38,173 nucleotides of DNA from IMG/VR virus record IMGVR_UViG_3300037461_000613, positions 1 through 38,173 of that record; one strand, written 5' to 3'. The stretch comes from a virus. Taxonomy: Duplodnaviria > Caudoviricetes. Below the pieces are notes generated by a model that saw only the letters and a list, made by a program, of their open reading frames with translations, was not told where the DNA came from and did not search any database. Below are positions 7,607-14,406 of the stretch, in pieces (within the stretch, counting starts at the first letter, position 1; each line of letters begins with the position of its first letter). The translations under genes and the position numbers were made by a program.

Positions 7607-7924
7607 GTGCGTTACTTGCCCGATGCGCCGGCGTTCACGCGGATCGCCGTGAACGCCGAGTATTGCCGCGTCTTCGGCGTGAAGAAAATAGATGTGATCG
7701 AAGCAAGCTCCCTCTCTCTTATTGCGCACAGAGAGATCGCGACCGTGCGCAAGAAACTGACGGCCGCCGTGGAGTCGCGCTCGCCGATGCTCTCAACCGA
7801 GACGGCTGTGCGCCCGGACGGATCAAGAGTGCGCGTGCGCTGGCTGGACTTTCCATTGACGGACTGCGAGTCTGGCGCGGTGGTCGAGATGATCGCGATC
7901 GGCGAGGTGATCGAGGAGGGTTGA
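7607..7924 (+). CDS. Stand-alone PAS/PAC domain protein
   Basis: VNAEYCRVFG...RPDGSRVRVRW...DCESGAVVEMIAIG typical PAS pattern; true start uncertain. Confidence 0.75.
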   Translation: MRYLPDAPAFTRIAVNAEYCRVFGVKKIDVIEASSLSLIAHREIATVRKKLTAAVESRSPMLSTETAVRPDGSRVRVRWLDFPLTDCESGAVVEMIAIGEVIEEG

Positions 7925-8578
7925 ATGGTCGAGGCCATTATCGTCATCCTCATCGCTTTCACTATTGCATACTATGCCTCGATTAAGAGAAGGAACGGCG
8001 CCGTGGCCGCTCGGCCACGAGCCGCACTGCCGTCAGAGCCGCCCCCGCAGCCGCGCCGCCTGGATTCCATCCCCGGCGTGTCTGCGTTCACGCTGAAACT
8101 CTCAGGGTCAAATTTGCAGACTACAATAAAAAGTCGGCGGGACAAATCGGCCGAATACGCGGTCGATCTTTCCGCGCAAACCTGCACCTGTCCTGATTTT
8201 GTCGAGACGCGCACGGAATTCGAGTTCGGAGATCCGAGACGCTTTTGCAAGCACATGGTCAAAGCGGCTATCAATGCGGACGCGCTCGAAAAGTCTCCTG
8301 CCGTTTTCCGGATGGTTTTTGAAAACGCGCTCGAAATGGGCAAGGGGCTCACGCGGGATGCGCTGTTCCTCACCGAAATAGACGGCTCGCTCGTACTGAT
8401 TTCGCAGCCCGAGACCGGCGACTGGATCAACGTCTTTTGCCGCAACCGCAACCCCAGGAAGGACGGCACCTACAGCTATAAGCGGTTTGGTTTCAGCCTG
8501 TCCGAGCAACGCTGGTCCTACGGATACGGTCCGCCCGGGGCGAAAATTCTGCGCAAGATTTTCAGCGTGCTGAGGTAG
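7925..8578 (+). CDS. Membrane-anchored SWIM zinc-finger protein
   Basis: N-terminal TM (AIIVILIAFTIAYY); YAVDL...CTCPDF...CKH SWIM motif; GGAGG RBS. Confidence 0.8.
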   Translation: MVEAIIVILIAFTIAYYASIKRRNGAVAARPRAALPSEPPPQPRRLDSIPGVSAFTLKLSGSNLQTTIKSRRDKSAEYAVDLSAQTCTCPDFVETRTEFEFGDPRRFCKHMVKAAINADALEKSPAVFRMVFENALEMGKGLTRDALFLTEIDGSLVLISQPETGDWINVFCRNRNPRKDGTYSYKRFGFSLSEQRWSYGYGPPGAKILRKIFSVLR

Positions 8579-8582
8579 CCCG

Positions 8583-9647
8583 GTGGCACTCACCAAACTC
8601 CCTGACGGCCGCTGGATGGTCTATTACCGCGACCCGTCCCGTGGTCCACGCTACATCCGCCGCGAGTATTTCGGCCGGGGGCCGGATGCTGAAAACAGGG
8701 CGCACGATAGGAACCGCGAGCTTGGATTGCGCCCACCGAAAAAGACCCCCGCCGGAACGCTCGGCCCGCCGTTCTCGGCTCTTGCCATGGAGTATTCGCT
8801 CGTGCACCGGTTCGCAAGCCCGCGGGCCCGCTGGCAGCACGAGCTCAGGATGATCAGCCGGGTGCTCCCGTTTTTCGGCGACATCCGGGCGGCCCGGATC
8901 ACCGACGCCGACATCGACCGCTACATCTCAAGCCGCCGCGCTGCCGGCGTGGCCTATTCGACCATCCGCCGCGAGCTGGTCGACTTCAAGGCCATCATGA
9001 CCTTCGCCGCCCGGCGCCGGCCGCCCATGATCCCGTTCAACCCCGTGCGCGACTACCGTCTGCCCAAGGAGGACCTGGCCGTCATCATGCCGCCGACCGC
9101 CGAGGAGCTCGCCGCGATCATCGAGGCCGCGCCCGAGCACCTGCGCCGGATCATCCTGCTCGCCTACTACCTCGGCCTGCGCCCCGGCCCGGTCGAGTGC
9201 TACCGGCTGCGCTGGGAGCACGTGGACTGGTCGACCGAGACCATCATGGTCACAAGCGCCAAAAAAGGGGGAGGCGACCGCCGGCGCGTGCCGATCCACG
9301 AGGACCTGCTGCCGCTCCTCAGGAAATGGTTCGCCGTTGACGACGACAAGGGCATCCCCTGGATCATACACTGGTGCGGGAAAACCATCGACCAGATCTG
9401 CACCGCTTGGGCGAGCGTGCTCGAAAAAGCGAAAATCAAGCGGCGCCTTCGCCCCTACGACCTGCGCCATCTTTTCGTCACCCAGGCGCTCGAACGCGGC
9501 GCCGACATCAAGAGCCTGTCGGATGTAGTCGGCAGCCGCCCCGAGACCCTCATGCGCTTCTACCAGCACGTCACCGGCGCCATGCACCGCCGCACGGTAT
9601 CCCTGATCCCATCGATTGGAGATACCGGAGATACACAAAAAAATTAA
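8583..9647 (+). CDS. int: Tyrosine integrase
   Basis: Arm-binding N-terminus (DGRWMVYYRD), LGLR, YDLRH, GADIKSL, catalytic Y in RFYQH. Confidence 0.93.
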   Translation: MALTKLPDGRWMVYYRDPSRGPRYIRREYFGRGPDAENRAHDRNRELGLRPPKKTPAGTLGPPFSALAMEYSLVHRFASPRARWQHELRMISRVLPFFGDIRAARITDADIDRYISSRRAAGVAYSTIRRELVDFKAIMTFAARRRPPMIPFNPVRDYRLPKEDLAVIMPPTAEELAAIIEAAPEHLRRIILLAYYLGLRPGPVECYRLRWEHVDWSTETIMVTSAKKGGGDRRRVPIHEDLLPLLRKWFAVDDDKGIPWIIHWCGKTIDQICTAWASVLEKAKIKRRLRPYDLRHLFVTQALERGADIKSLSDVVGSRPETLMRFYQHVTGAMHRRTVSLIPSIGDTGDTQKN

Positions 9648-9755
9648 ATATCTGTAATGTTTACAGTTACAAGCGACTATTATCGCTAACAGGGTTCACT
9701 ATTTTTAAAGATATAAAAGCCTCTTTACGGTTTTTTTGGAGCTACAGGTAGCCCC
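9618..9755. other. Putative attP region
   Basis: AT-rich intergenic segment after int, flanked by GGAGATAC x2 (9618, 9627), GGAGCTAC (9738) and inverted GGGGCTAC (9748-9755). Confidence 0.55.
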
Positions 9756-9776
9756 GCTCGCCCTGTTTTTTTCCTC

Positions 9777-9805
9777 TTGACATCTTGATTATCTTGATGT
9801 ACACT
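9777..9805 (+). promoter_or_regulatory. Strong sigma70 promoter of the two-gene moron
   Basis: TTGACA-17 nt-TACACT with TCTTGA direct repeats at 9775, 9783, 9792. Confidence 0.75.
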
Positions 9806-9840
9806 ATAATCAAATCGACCACTATAACGGAGGATGCAAG

Positions 9841-10149
9841 ATGGACACGAAAGAACTCTACAAGATGGCAATGGATCACACTGATGTTGATGTTGATGTG
9901 ACGATCAACCTCAAGTCGCTGGCCCAACTCGTGTGGTACGCTGAGGGACTGGGAGTCAAGCAGATCTGCGACCGGCATAGCGCTATCATTGCCGATTGCC
10001 ACAAAAAGGCGGCAGCGCTTAGGTATCACCACATGGCCGCCAAGATCCTCCCGGAGGCCATTATCTACGACGGGCGCTACGGCGATGCTGACGAGTTTGC
10101 GGATTGGGGCGTGCGCATGGCCGTATCCGGCAAGGAGGTGGCCCAGTGA
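9841..10149 (+). CDS. Hypothetical protein
   Basis: 102 aa, GGAGG RBS, downstream of the promoter. Confidence 0.75.
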   Translation: MDTKELYKMAMDHTDVDVDVTINLKSLAQLVWYAEGLGVKQICDRHSAIIADCHKKAAALRYHHMAAKILPEAIIYDGRYGDADEFADWGVRMAVSGKEVAQ

Positions 10150-10445
10150 AACCATGTGACGCCTGTGGTGCGCCCAAAGGATTGATCGGGATGGGCGGAG
10201 CCATCCTGTGCCGGGACTGCGACCCCGTTGTGCGCGCCGAGATGGACTCGCTGCGGGCCGAGGGGAAAACGGTGAACACGCTGCACATCGCAAAAAGGAT
10301 TTTCCGCGAAACCCATTCGGCGGGAAACTACCTGCTGCGCGACATACCGGACGACCTGTGGAAAAAAGCGCAGCACCGCGCGGTCGACGAAAAGATCTCC
10401 CTGCGGGATCTCCTGCTCAAATCGCTCCACGCATACCTCCGCTAA
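10146..10445 (+). CDS. Zinc-ribbon plus Arc/ribbon-helix-helix DNA-binding protein
   Basis: CDAC...CRDC; NYLLRDIPDDLWKKAQHRAVDEKISLRDLLL; AAGGAGG RBS, GTGA overlap. Confidence 0.8.
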   Translation: MKPCDACGAPKGLIGMGGAILCRDCDPVVRAEMDSLRAEGKTVNTLHIAKRIFRETHSAGNYLLRDIPDDLWKKAQHRAVDEKISLRDLLLKSLHAYLR

Positions 10446-10450
10446 CCGCC

Positions 10451-10478
10451 TCGGCCCCGGCGCTCAAGCCGGGGCCGA
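10451..10478. terminator. GC-rich hairpin after the moron (possible terminator, no clear U tract)
   Basis: tcggccccggc / gccggggccga, 11-bp stem, 6-nt loop. Confidence 0.5.
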
Positions 10479-10587
10479 CTCATCAAACCCCAAAAACACC
10501 GAAAACGCATTAGAGGCCCAAATTTCGACGATCTCGGAGGGGTCGGTATGGTGATATGGGTCTTGGTCGCTGGGGTGGAGGGGGAAA

Positions 10588-10733
10588 GCCCCGGGCAGGG
10601 TGGCGTCGGCGTGGGGGCCCTGCCCGGGGCGCTGGCGACGAGGTGGGAGGAGGAACTCTATCGCCAGTGATGGATCCGGCGCGGCGGGTCTGCCTCAACG
10701 AAAGCCTCCACCATCGTTGCCCCGCCGGCCGGA
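10588..10733 (-). ncRNA. Candidate structured RNA / terminator region at the end of the late operon
   Basis: Three consecutive stems: 10675-10733, 10632-10667, and 10588-10630 (13 bp, followed by TTT on the minus strand). Confidence 0.35.
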
Positions 10734-10740
10734 AAGCGTG

Positions 10741-10965
10741 TCAAAACGTCAAAATCATGTCCATCTCCGAAAACGACCGCACCGGCCCGAGCTGCCGGGC
10801 GAATGTCCTCGGCAGGCTGTAGGCCGACTGGTAGCACGGATCGGCCCGGCACTCGGGGGCCTGCTCGATCGAGGCCAGGTAGCGCTCCTTATCCGCGCAG
10901 TTGTAGCATCGGCGGGTACGTTTGGTTTTGTGGAGCCGATCACAGGTAAGGCAGGGCGATTTCAT
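10741..10965 (-). CDS. Small Cys4 zinc-binding protein
   Basis: MKSPCLTC...CYNC; ATGA overlap with the DUF1353 stop. Confidence 0.7.
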   Translation of the reverse strand: MKSPCLTCDRLHKTKRTRRCYNCADKERYLASIEQAPECRADPCYQSAYSLPRTFARQLGPVRSFSEMDMILTF

Positions 10966-11384
10966 GGGGCCTCCATCAGTTTCCTGCCGCCGTCGCTGCC
11001 GGGGCGGCACCATCCGTTTCCGCAGTACTCCACGCCGGCGAACACCCAGGCGGCGCGGATACAACTCATGCCGGCCTCGATGCAGATGTCCCGCAGCTCC
11101 CGGTTCATGGCCGTGAATTGATCCGTCCCGATGTATCCGTCGCGCATGAGCTGGGCCAGCGCGTCGTGCACCAGGCTGCCCCGCATGAAATTCGGCGTGT
11201 CAACCGTCGGGCCGCTCGGGCCGTCCCAGGCGTAGCCATGCTTGATCCAGAGCAGGCCGTCGACGGTCAGCTCGATGAACTCGGTGACGATGTCGAACTC
11301 GGGCCGGACGTGCGCGAGCTGCGCCCGGTGGTCGTTGACAAGCTGGTACTTGTAGCCGCAGCGGTAGCGGATACGGGCGGCCAT
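10962..11384 (-). CDS. DUF1353-like protein
   Basis: GYAWDGPSGP...GSLVHDAL motif; typical lysis-region location. Confidence 0.75.
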   Translation of the reverse strand: MAARIRYRCGYKYQLVNDHRAQLAHVRPEFDIVTEFIELTVDGLLWIKHGYAWDGPSGPTVDTPNFMRGSLVHDALAQLMRDGYIGTDQFTAMNRELRDICIEAGMSCIRAAWVFAGVEYCGNGWCRPGSDGGRKLMEAP

Positions 11385-11387
11385 GGC

Positions 11388-11885
11388 TTACGCCTCCTTG
11401 ACCGGCAGGCAGAGCGAGCAGTAGGCCGCGAGCGCCTCGGCCTCGGTGGCTTTGCCCAGGTGCGTGTTCCAGTATTTTTTATAGTAGGCGGCCTGGTCTC
11501 CGGGCGCCTTCGGGATCGGGCCGGGCTTCAACCAGTAGAAGCAGCGGGCGAGCGCCGTGGCATAGGCCAGGTTGTGGATGATGTCCCGGTCGGTGAGCTG
11601 GCCGTCCTGGCCGTCGACGGCGAGATTGAGCGCCATGAGCTTCGCATGCAGTGCCGGGTGGCGCAGGGCGAGCATGGCAAGCACCGAGCGCTCGCTGGCC
11701 GGCTCAACCTGGTAGATCCCGCGTGCCGGGCCCTTGATCTGCACGAGGTATTTTCCGAGCTGGGTCTCCTGGGCCGCGGTCAGCATGAGCAACTCGACGG
11801 CCGCCTCAGAATATGGGATCTCCGGCTCCAGGTGGCGCAGGGTCTCGCGGATCAGCTGCCTCAAGTGGTCCTTATGGATTGCCAT
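11388..11885 (-). CDS. Endolysin, lysozyme-like fold
   Basis: AVELLMLTAAQET...GPARGIYQVEP...YYKKYWNTHLGKAT; AGGAGG RBS before ATG 11885. Confidence 0.8.
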   Translation of the reverse strand: MAIHKDHLRQLIRETLRHLEPEIPYSEAAVELLMLTAAQETQLGKYLVQIKGPARGIYQVEPASERSVLAMLALRHPALHAKLMALNLAVDGQDGQLTDRDIIHNLAYATALARCFYWLKPGPIPKAPGDQAAYYKKYWNTHLGKATEAEALAAYCSLCLPVKEA

Positions 11886-12090
11886 GATCTCCTCCTTTGT
11901 TTCGGGCGGCATGCTGGGCGGCGTGGTTGTCGCAGTGGCCGTCCAGGTCCGTCCGGTGGTGCATGCACCCGGTATCGTGAGGGCCGGCGGGGAAATAGAA
12001 TTCGCACCCGCAGCGCTCGACGTCGTCGACGGCGCCGCAACTGGACATCCCGCAGCCAGTGATGCAGAAATTAACGCCGCCGGGAGCCAT
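11872..12090 (-). CDS. Small Cys/His-rich protein
   Basis: 72 aa, 7 Cys and 7 His, GC-rich third positions, overlaps the endolysin start. Confidence 0.6.
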   Translation of the reverse strand: MAPGGVNFCITGCGMSSCGAVDDVERCGCEFYFPAGPHDTGCMHHRTDLDGHCDNHAAQHAARNKGGDHGNP

Positions 12091-12094
12091 CTTT

Positions 12095-12358
12095 TCACCC
12101 GGCCGGCTTTTTGGCCTCGATCGCCTTGAGCGCCGAGCGCTCCTTGCCCTGCTGGTATTGCAGGACGATGGCGCCGACCATCCCGGCCAGCTGGATCAGG
12201 CCGTCGATGACCACCTGTACGACCGGCAGAATAGAGTCTGCCGCGTCGGTGATTTTCTTGCCGACCTCGGGCTGGATCGCCCCGCCGCCGACACCCAGTC
12301 CGACGATGGTGGCGATCATGCGGCCCCAGAATTCAGTCGTTTTCCATCCAGCTTTCAC
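12095..12358 (-). CDS. Putative holin
   Basis: GWKTTEFW N-terminus, two hydrophobic segments, basic C-terminus, AAGGAGG RBS, upstream of the endolysin. Confidence 0.65.
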   Translation of the reverse strand: MKAGWKTTEFWGRMIATIVGLGVGGGAIQPEVGKKITDAADSILPVVQVVIDGLIQLAGMVGAIVLQYQQGKERSALKAIEAKKPAG

Positions 12359-12454
12359 AGCGCGCCTCCTTTTTTGGTTTCCCCCGGCGGATCGGCGGGA
12401 GCCGTCGGTTCGGACGTCTGCCCCCTCATCGGGCCTCGCCGCCGGGGAAATCGG

Positions 12455-12673
12455 TTAAAGCCCCGGCCGGATCGGAATGGTCGGGGAAATGTCAACGGGC
12501 GGACTTGTGTCCTGCTTGTACTGGTCTCGGTGCTCGGCCTGGACCTCCAGGCGCACGGTGACGTCCCGTCAGTCGGACATCCAGAGGTTGTACTCCCTGG
12601 GCGTATGCACGACCGAGCAGCCGGCCAGCATCAGAACCAGCGCAAATACGAGTCGAGTTGATCGAGCTCCCAT
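12455..12673 (-). CDS. Small lipoprotein with in-frame UGA at codon 35 (candidate selenoprotein or pseudogene), o-spanin-like position
   Basis: MGARSTRLVFALVLMLAGC lipobox; TGA at 12571-12569; frame stays open for 37 more codons to TAA 12457-12455. Confidence 0.55.
12524..12562 (-). promoter_or_regulatory. Bacterial SECIS-like hairpin downstream of the in-frame UGA
   Basis: GUC-ACC-GUGC-GCCUGG-[AGGU]-CCAGGC-CGA-GCAC-CGA-GAC; apical loop begins after 22 nt following UGA. Confidence 0.4.
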
Positions 12674-13131
12674 GTCACCATCGCCTTGTCGATCGGCAGG
12701 AACGGCTTGATATTGAGCACCGGAACGGCCGCGAGATCCGGCAGCCGCCGCTGCAGCAGCAGGAGAAAGGCCGGATTTAGCTTGGCCTTATCCATCACCT
12801 CCTTGTAGAGCGACTCCATGGTGAGGATGTCTTTTTCAACGACCCACTTGCGCAGCTCGGCCGATGTCTTGCGCAGAGCCGGTCCGTCAACGATCTTGGT
12901 GCCCAGGCCGAGCAGCGTCGCGTCGATGATGATCTCGTGCATCTGCTCGGGCTGGAGCTGGAGCTTTGCGCCGATGGCGCAGATCACGGATCCGGCATAC
13001 TCCGGCTTGAGGCACACGGGGGTCTCGGGCGGCTTGTAGATCTGTCCGAACTGGGGGCATCCGGCCAGGATCATCACCATGGCTATTATCAGGGCCAATC
13101 CGCAAAGTTTTCCGTTGATGTGATTTTTCAT
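12631..13131 (-). CDS. Lipoprotein in the lysis cassette
   Basis: LALIIAMVMILAGC lipobox; two further Cys in the mature part. Confidence 0.75.
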   Translation of the reverse strand: MKNHINGKLCGLALIIAMVMILAGCPQFGQIYKPPETPVCLKPEYAGSVICAIGAKLQLQPEQMHEIIIDATLLGLGTKIVDGPALRKTSAELRKWVVEKDILTMESLYKEVMDKAKLNPAFLLLLQRRLPDLAAVPVLNIKPFLPIDKAMVTWELDQLDSYLRWF

Positions 13132-13535
13132 GGGTTCCTCCTTTGGTTTTCGGACATGACTGTCATGTCCTCGGAAAGTTGTTCGACGCGCTCGGATAGG
13201 ACGGCGAGCGCCTGTTTGACATCGGACATCTGGGCCGCGGACTGCTCCTTGGCGTGCTCGCGGCGGGAGTCAAAAAGATCCATCTTGACGGAGAGCGCCT
13301 CGATCTTTCCGCAGGTGATCTGCTGGCACCGGGCCTGCTCGCGCTCGCATCCATTTCGCGGCATGAAGTGCGTCTGGCCGTCCTCGCGGTAAAGGGCGTG
13401 GCGCAGGGTGCTTGCCAGATCGGACACCTGGGTTGCGAGCTGGCGCTTTATGCCGCGCATGTCGGCCCAGATCAGCGCGATCGCGCCTACGGCGATAGTC
13501 GTTGGCAGCCAGGCCTGGATGGTTGCGACGTCCAT
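13128..13535 (-). CDS. Membrane protein with coiled coil (holin/antiholin or i-spanin-like)
   Basis: N-terminal TM (IAVGAIALIWA), heptad-rich C-terminus. Confidence 0.65.
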   Translation of the reverse strand: MDVATIQAWLPTTIAVGAIALIWADMRGIKRQLATQVSDLASTLRHALYREDGQTHFMPRNGCEREQARCQQITCGKIEALSVKMDLFDSRREHAKEQSAAQMSDVKQALAVLSERVEQLSEDMTVMSENQRRNP

Positions 13536-13574
13536 GAGGTCAGTCCTCCGTAAGCGCAGAAATAAAACAGGGCT

Positions 13575-13970
13575 TCAGCTTCCTTCGTTGATGACCGCCA
13601 TCCCCTTCGGCTGGCTCAAGCTGGGAACTTTCAATAAAAAAGGGGCGGAGGTGCTCCACCGGTCGGCCGTGGTGGTCTGCCCGGTGGTCTGGTCGGTGAC
13701 CGAGAGCACCGCGCCCGCCTGGGCCTGGCCGCTGTAGTCGGCCGGCGGTACGCCGCCGAGATCGAATCTCATGGCATTGGACACCGCAGGCCCAACGGTC
13801 CAGGCGCCCCAGGTGGTGCCGTCGGTCGAGAGCCTGATACGGTACTTGGTTGCGTCGGTCTGCGGGTCAGCGGATAGGTACGGCTCCACAAAAGCGCTCG
13901 CCTGCGCAAAAAGCAGCAGGCATAGGCCCGCCAAGGTAAATATTTTTTCAATACGCGCGCGGTTTTTCAT
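13575..13970 (-). CDS. Secreted fibronectin-III/Ig-like protein
   Basis: Signal peptide ending AQASA; beta-rich mature domain (ATKYRIRL...WSTSAPFLL...P). Confidence 0.7.
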   Translation of the reverse strand: MKNRARIEKIFTLAGLCLLLFAQASAFVEPYLSADPQTDATKYRIRLSTDGTTWGAWTVGPAVSNAMRFDLGGVPPADYSGQAQAGAVLSVTDQTTGQTTTADRWSTSAPFLLKVPSLSQPKGMAVINEGS

Positions 13971-13991
13971 AGCTTTCCCTCCCGTTGAATA

Positions 13992-14037
13992 GAAAAGGGG
14001 CGCTGCCAGAGTGCGGGCTCCCGCAGCGCCCCTTTTC
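13992..14037. terminator. Bidirectional intrinsic terminator between tail/fibre and lysis genes
   Basis: 15-bp perfect inverted repeat gaaaaggggcgctgc / gcagcgccccttttc; the T run ending the stem on each strand supplies the U tract. Confidence 0.75.
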
Positions 14038-14090
14038 CTGTTGCTCCCGCGCCGGCCGTCGCCGGGCGGGAATCGGTTGTTAATGTCTGT

Positions 14091-14399
14091 CTACGTGTCA
14101 TGGACGAGCAGCTCGATCACATACTCCCGATGGTTGTCTCCGTTTGTGCTGACGCGCATGATCACGTAGTATCTGGTCCCGCTGGTCCCGCCCCTGACAT
14201 AGGGCTTTATCAGCGTTGTCGTGAAGGTGTTTTTGGCGGCGTCGAGCAGGGTGGCGCTCACGTCCGTTCCCGCCGCGTCCTTGGCGCTGAAGGTCACGTT
14301 CGATATGGTCTCGGACCCAAGCCAGGCGGCCGCGTCGATCTCCACGAAGAACTTCTCCCAGCTCGCCTTTACCTCCTGCAATACAAATTTCTCGCTCAT
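14091..14399 (-). CDS. Putative fibre-to-virion adaptor
   Basis: 102 aa beta protein, WLGSETIS...GGTSGTRY pattern of phage fibre adaptors. Confidence 0.6.
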   Translation of the reverse strand: MSEKFVLQEVKASWEKFFVEIDAAAWLGSETISNVTFSAKDAAGTDVSATLLDAAKNTFTTTLIKPYVRGGTSGTRYYVIMRVSTNGDNHREYVIELLVHDT

Positions 14400-14406
14400 G
14401 GCGCCC

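Noticed and set aside
9648-9775. tRNA or tmRNA fragment as attP core
   Set aside because: No T-arm (GTTCGA) with acceptor-stem/CCA pattern could be identified.
11886-12098. Lipoprotein-anchored endolysin (MKRWLPAALISASLAAGC plus S/T/P linker) as in the 236-aa ORF
   Set aside because: The extension looks like the shifted frame of the Cys-rich gene 11872..12090, which has the better codon bias, and ATG 11885 has its own AGGAGG RBS. Not fully excluded because GTG 12098 overlaps the holin stop.
12405-12435. Hammerhead-like CCGAUGA...GAAC in the holin leader
   Set aside because: Core deviates from CUGAnGA/GAAA and stem II is poor; no supporting stems I and III found.
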